64,000 nt of DNA. Source: the human T2T-CHM13v2.0 reference genome, Homo sapiens. Location of the stretch: NCBI RefSeq assembly GCF_009914755.1, contig NC_060925.1; one strand, 5' to 3'. Shown here in pieces: positions 58,558 to 64,000 of this stretch. The translations under genes were made by a program, and so were the position numbers. Position 1 is the first letter of the stretch, and each line of letters opens with the position of its first letter. The notes beneath the pieces were generated by a model, which worked only from the letters and a program-made list of their open reading frames with translations, made no database searches and had not been told where the DNA came from.

Positions 58558-60008
58558 TATTTGTCTATCTTAATACCAATACCACACCGTCTTTATTACT
58601 TTAACCTTAGTCTCGAAGTTAGGTAGAGCTAATCCTCTTTGTTTTTCTTTTATAAAATTGCTTTGGCTTTTCTAGGTCCCTTAAATTTCCAGCAAATTTT
58701 AGAATCAGCTTATCAATTTGTACATAAAAGCTTGATGAAATTTTGACTGGGAATACATTGAATCTATATATTAATTTGCAGCATATCTGCATTACAAAAT
58801 ATTGAGTCTCCTCATCCATGAACAGAAACAGTTCTGTACTTATTTAGGTTTTCTTTAATTTTTCTCAGTAATATTTTACAGTTTTCAGTTTGCATGGCTT
58901 GAGCATCTTTTGTCAGACTCATATGTAAGTAGTTGGTATTAATTGACGGTATTTTCATAGTTTTAAAAATTTCAATTTGTAACGTTCATTGGGAACAGTT
59001 AGAAATACAATTGAATTTTTATATTGATCTTTTATTCTGCAGCCTTGCTAACTCACTTAGCTTTTTTTATTAGCTTATTGTTCATTGAAGTTTTTACAGA
59101 AGTGATCACACTGCCATCAGATAAAGACAATTGTACTTTTCTCTTACCAATCAGGATGTGTTTTGTATAACTACTCTTGGCTTAGTAGCTAAAATATCTT
59201 GCACAATGTTGAAAGGAAGAGATAAAAGTAGACATCATTATCTCATTCCCCTTTTTAAGGGGAAAGCATTCAGTTTTCACTACTGAAAATAATATTAGCC
59301 ATAGAATTTCCATAGGTGATGATTATTAGGTTAAGGAAATTCCCTTCTATTCCTAGTGTGCTGAGAGTTTTATCAGGAATAAATGTTGGATTTTGTCAGA
59401 TGCTTCCCTCTGTATCAACCGAGAAGATCATAATAGATTTTCTTTTTTAGTTTTTTACCATGATAAATTACATTTATCAATTTTTAAATGTTAAACAAAT
59501 CTTGCATTTCTGGGACAAAACTTGATTTGGATTCAATTTGCTAAATTTTATTTAATATTTTTGTATCTATTTTCATGAAGGATATTGCTCTGTTCTTTTC
59601 TTTTTTTTTAACGTCTTTTTCCAGATTTTGTATCTAATAGAAAGTGAGGAATAATTTCTTCAATTATTTGGACTAGTTTTTTTAGAATTGGTATGAATTT
59701 TTCCTTAAACATTTCATAGAATTTACCAGCAAAACTATGTGGACCTAAAGTTTTCTTTTTTGGGGATAATTTTTTCCCATTTTTTTATTCAGATAAAATA
59801 TGCATAACATAAAGTTTATTATATTAACCTTTTTTCTATTTTTAAAAATTATTTTTATAGACTTTATTTTTAGAGCCGGTTTAGATTCATAGCAAAATTG
59901 TACAGGAGGTATGGAGATTTCCCAGACCAATATATTTGTTACAAATGATAAACCTACATTGACACATCATTATCACCCAGAGCCCAGTGTTAATATTGTT
60001 AAAAATTG

Positions 60009-60332
<324 letters not shown>

Positions 60333-60455
60333 CCTCTCTGTCTTTTTTAACTGCTGTTGCTTTAAAGTTTGTTTTGTCTGATATAAGAATAGCTACTCCT
60401 GATTGTTTTTGGTGTTTATTTGCATGAAATATCTTTTTCTACCCCTTTACTTTAA

Positions 60456-60884
<429 letters not shown>

Positions 60885-62185
60885 ATTCTGTATCTTTTAA
60901 GTGGAGCATTTAGGCCATTTATATTCAATACTAGTATTGCAATGTGAGGTACTATCCTATACATTGTTGTCTGAATACCTTGGGTTTTTTTGTATTGTGT
61001 TATTGTTATATTGGTCTTATGAGATTTATGCTTTAAGGCGGTTCTATTTTGGTGTATTTCAAGAATTTGTTTCAAGATTTAGAGCTCCTTTTAGCAGTTC
61101 TTGCAGTGCTGGCTTGGTAGTGGTGAATTCTCTCATCATTTGTTTGTCTGGAAAAGACTGTATCTTTCCTTTATTTATGAAACTTAGTTTCAATGGATAC
61201 AAAATTCTTGGCTTATAATTGTTTTGTTTAAGGAAGCTAAAAATAGGACCCCAATCTCTTCTAGCTTGTAGGGTTTCTACTGATAAATCTGCTATTAATC
61301 TGATATGTTTTCCTTTATAAGTTACCTCATGCTTCTGCCTCACAGCTCTTAAGATTCTTTCCTTTGTCTTGACTTTAGATAACCTGATGACTCTGTACCT
61401 AGACAATGACCTTTTTGTGATGAATTTCCCAGGTGTTCTTTGGGCTTCTTTTATTTGGATGTCTAGATCTCTAGCAAGGCTGGGGAAGTTTCCCTCAATT
61501 ATTCCCTCACATATGTTTTCCACACTTTTAGATTTCTCTTCTTCCTTGGGAACACTAATTATTCTTAGGTTTGGATGTTTAACATAGTTTTTGATTTCTT
61601 TAAGTTGAACTTCACCTTTCTCTGGTGCCTCTTTGTTTAGCTTAATACTTGACTTTCTGAATTCTTTTTCTGGTAATTCGGAGATTTTTGTCTTGATCTG
61701 GATCCATTGCTGGTGAGCTGGTATGATCTTTTGGGGATGTTGAAGAACCTTGTTTTGTCATATAACCAGAATTTCTTTTCTGGTCCCTTCTCATTTGGGT
61801 AGACTGTTAGAGTCTGGGATTCAAATGCTGCTGTTTAGATTCTTTTGTCTCACAGGGTTCCCTTGTTGTGGTGTTCTCCCGCTTCGCCTAGAAATGGGGC
61901 TTCCTGAGAGCCAAACTGTAGTGATTGTTTTTGCTCTTCTGGGTCTAGCCACCCAGCAGAGCAGCTGGGCTCTGGGCTGGTACTGGGGAGTGTCTACAAA
62001 TAGTCTTGTGATGTGATCCGTCTTCAGGTCTTATAGCTGTAGATACCAGCACCTGCTCTGGTAGAGGTAACAGGGAAGTGAAGTGGACTCTGTGAGGATC
62101 CATGGTTGTGTAAAATGTTTAGTGCGCTGGTTTTGTATTGGTTGGCCTCTAGCCAGGAGGTGGCACTTTCAAGAGTGCCTCAGCA

Positions 62186-62557
<372 letters not shown>

Positions 62558-63493
62558 TCAGGTTTCTCAGGCCATGGATAGGGCCATAGAGCTCCCAAGA
62601 GATTATGACCTTTGTCTTTGGCTACCAGGGTGAGTAGAAAAAGACCAACAGATGGGGGCAGGGTTAGGTGTGTTTGAGCTCAGCCTCTCCTTAGGCAATG
62701 CTTGCTTTGGCTGCTGTGGGGCATGGAGGTGTGGTTCCCAGTCCAATGGAGTTATATTCCCAGAGGGATTATGGCTGCCTCTGCTGAGTCATGCAGGTAA
62801 CTAGGTAAGTGGGGGAAAGCTGGCAGTCACGGACCTCACCCTGCTCCCATGCAGCCTGCAGTCCTAAAGGCCAGTCTCACTCCCAACAGCACTGAGTCTA
62901 TTTCCAGGAAGTTGGTGACCAGAGCTAAGAACTTGACACAGACCATGAGCCTCCCCATTGAGAAAGCAAGTAAACTGGCAGGTTTTTGGCATCTCAGGGA
63001 GCCTGAAGGGGTGATCCATTTCCTACAAAGCGTCCGTGGATTCTCTTGGCTTTCCTGGTGTGTTCCTGTGGTCACTCTTGGATCAAAAATTTATGGTGTG
63101 AGTCTCCACACGCTGCCCTGTCCGTCCGAGTAGGAGCTGCAGGTTAGTCCTGCCTCCTATCTGCCATCTTGCCCAGAGTTAATATTCAGATTCACTCTTG
63201 GTGTTATACAGTCTATGGGTTTGGACAGATGTATAATGACTTATATACACCATTATAATGTTATACAAAGTAGTTTCACCATTTTAAAGTAAACAATTCA
63301 ATGGCATTATGCACATTCACACTATTGTGCAACCATCACCACCTCTCACCTCCAGAACTCTTTGCAAAACTCTATGCCGTTGGACAATAAATTCCCATTC
63401 CCTCTCCTCCCAGCCCTAGCAACTACCATTCTACTTTCTGTCTCTATGATCTTGACTACTCTAAGTACTTCATGTAAGTGGAATAATACAGTA

Positions 63494-63523
63494 TTTTTAT
63501 TTTTTTATTTTTTATTTTTATTT

Positions 63524-63558
<35 letters not shown>

Positions 63559-64000
63559 GTATTTATTGATCATTATTGGGTGTTTCTCAGAGAGGGGGAT
63601 GTGGCAGGGTCATAGGATAATAGTGGAGAGAAGGTCAGCAGATAAACACGTGAACAAAGGTCTCTGGTTTTCCTAGGCAGAGGTCCCCGCGGCCTTCAGC
63701 AGTGTTTGTGTTCCTGGGTACTTGAGATTAGGGAGTAGTGATGACTCTTAAGGAGCATGCTGCCTTCAAGCATCTGTTTAACAAAGCACATCTTGCACGG
63801 CCCTTAATCCATTTAACCCTGAGTTGACACAGCACATGTTTCAGAGAGCAGGGGGTTGGGGGTAAGTTTATAGATTAACAGCATCCCAAGGCAGAATAAT
63901 TTTTCTTAGTACAGAACAAAATGGAGTCTCCTATGTCTACATCTTTCTACACAGACACAGTAACAATCTGATCTCTCTCTTTTCCCCACTTTTCCTCCTT
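63494..64000 (-). mobile_element. SVA 3' end (SINE-R), older SVA_A/B-like; continues past the window
   Basis: (TTTA)n tail, then tttattgatcatt...gggtgtttctc...gtgaacaaaggtctctggttttcctaggcagagg. Confidence 0.92.

Noticed and set aside
61059-61523. 154-aa ORF with real protein similarity
   Set aside because: It is a degraded L1 ORF1p fragment, not a host gene.

Overview
AT-rich, CpG-poor primate genomic DNA (human or a close great ape), rich in repeats. The left third holds the whole ATP6V1G3 gene (V-ATPase V1 subunit G3) on the minus strand. Its three coding exons (20544-20463, 9075-8975, 3459-3286) splice into a 118-aa protein that the six-frame ORF track misses. The gene also has a cassette exon with two acceptors (46 nt or 18 nt) at 16573-16618, a likely non-coding first exon and an ATTAAA poly(A) signal. 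The rest is intergenic DNA 5' of the gene (toward PTPRC, from memory). It is filled with Alu, L1, L2, MIR, MaLR LTR, hAT/MER and SVA elements and microsatellites. Almost all listed ORFs are spurious or repeat-derived. I cannot support a new multi-gene system. The most unusual signal is a tail-less Alu fragment at 25107-25271 with dense A>G hypermutation in ADAR-like context, possibly an edited RNA copied back into the genome. Repeat subfamily names and repeat boundaries were called by eye and are approximate.
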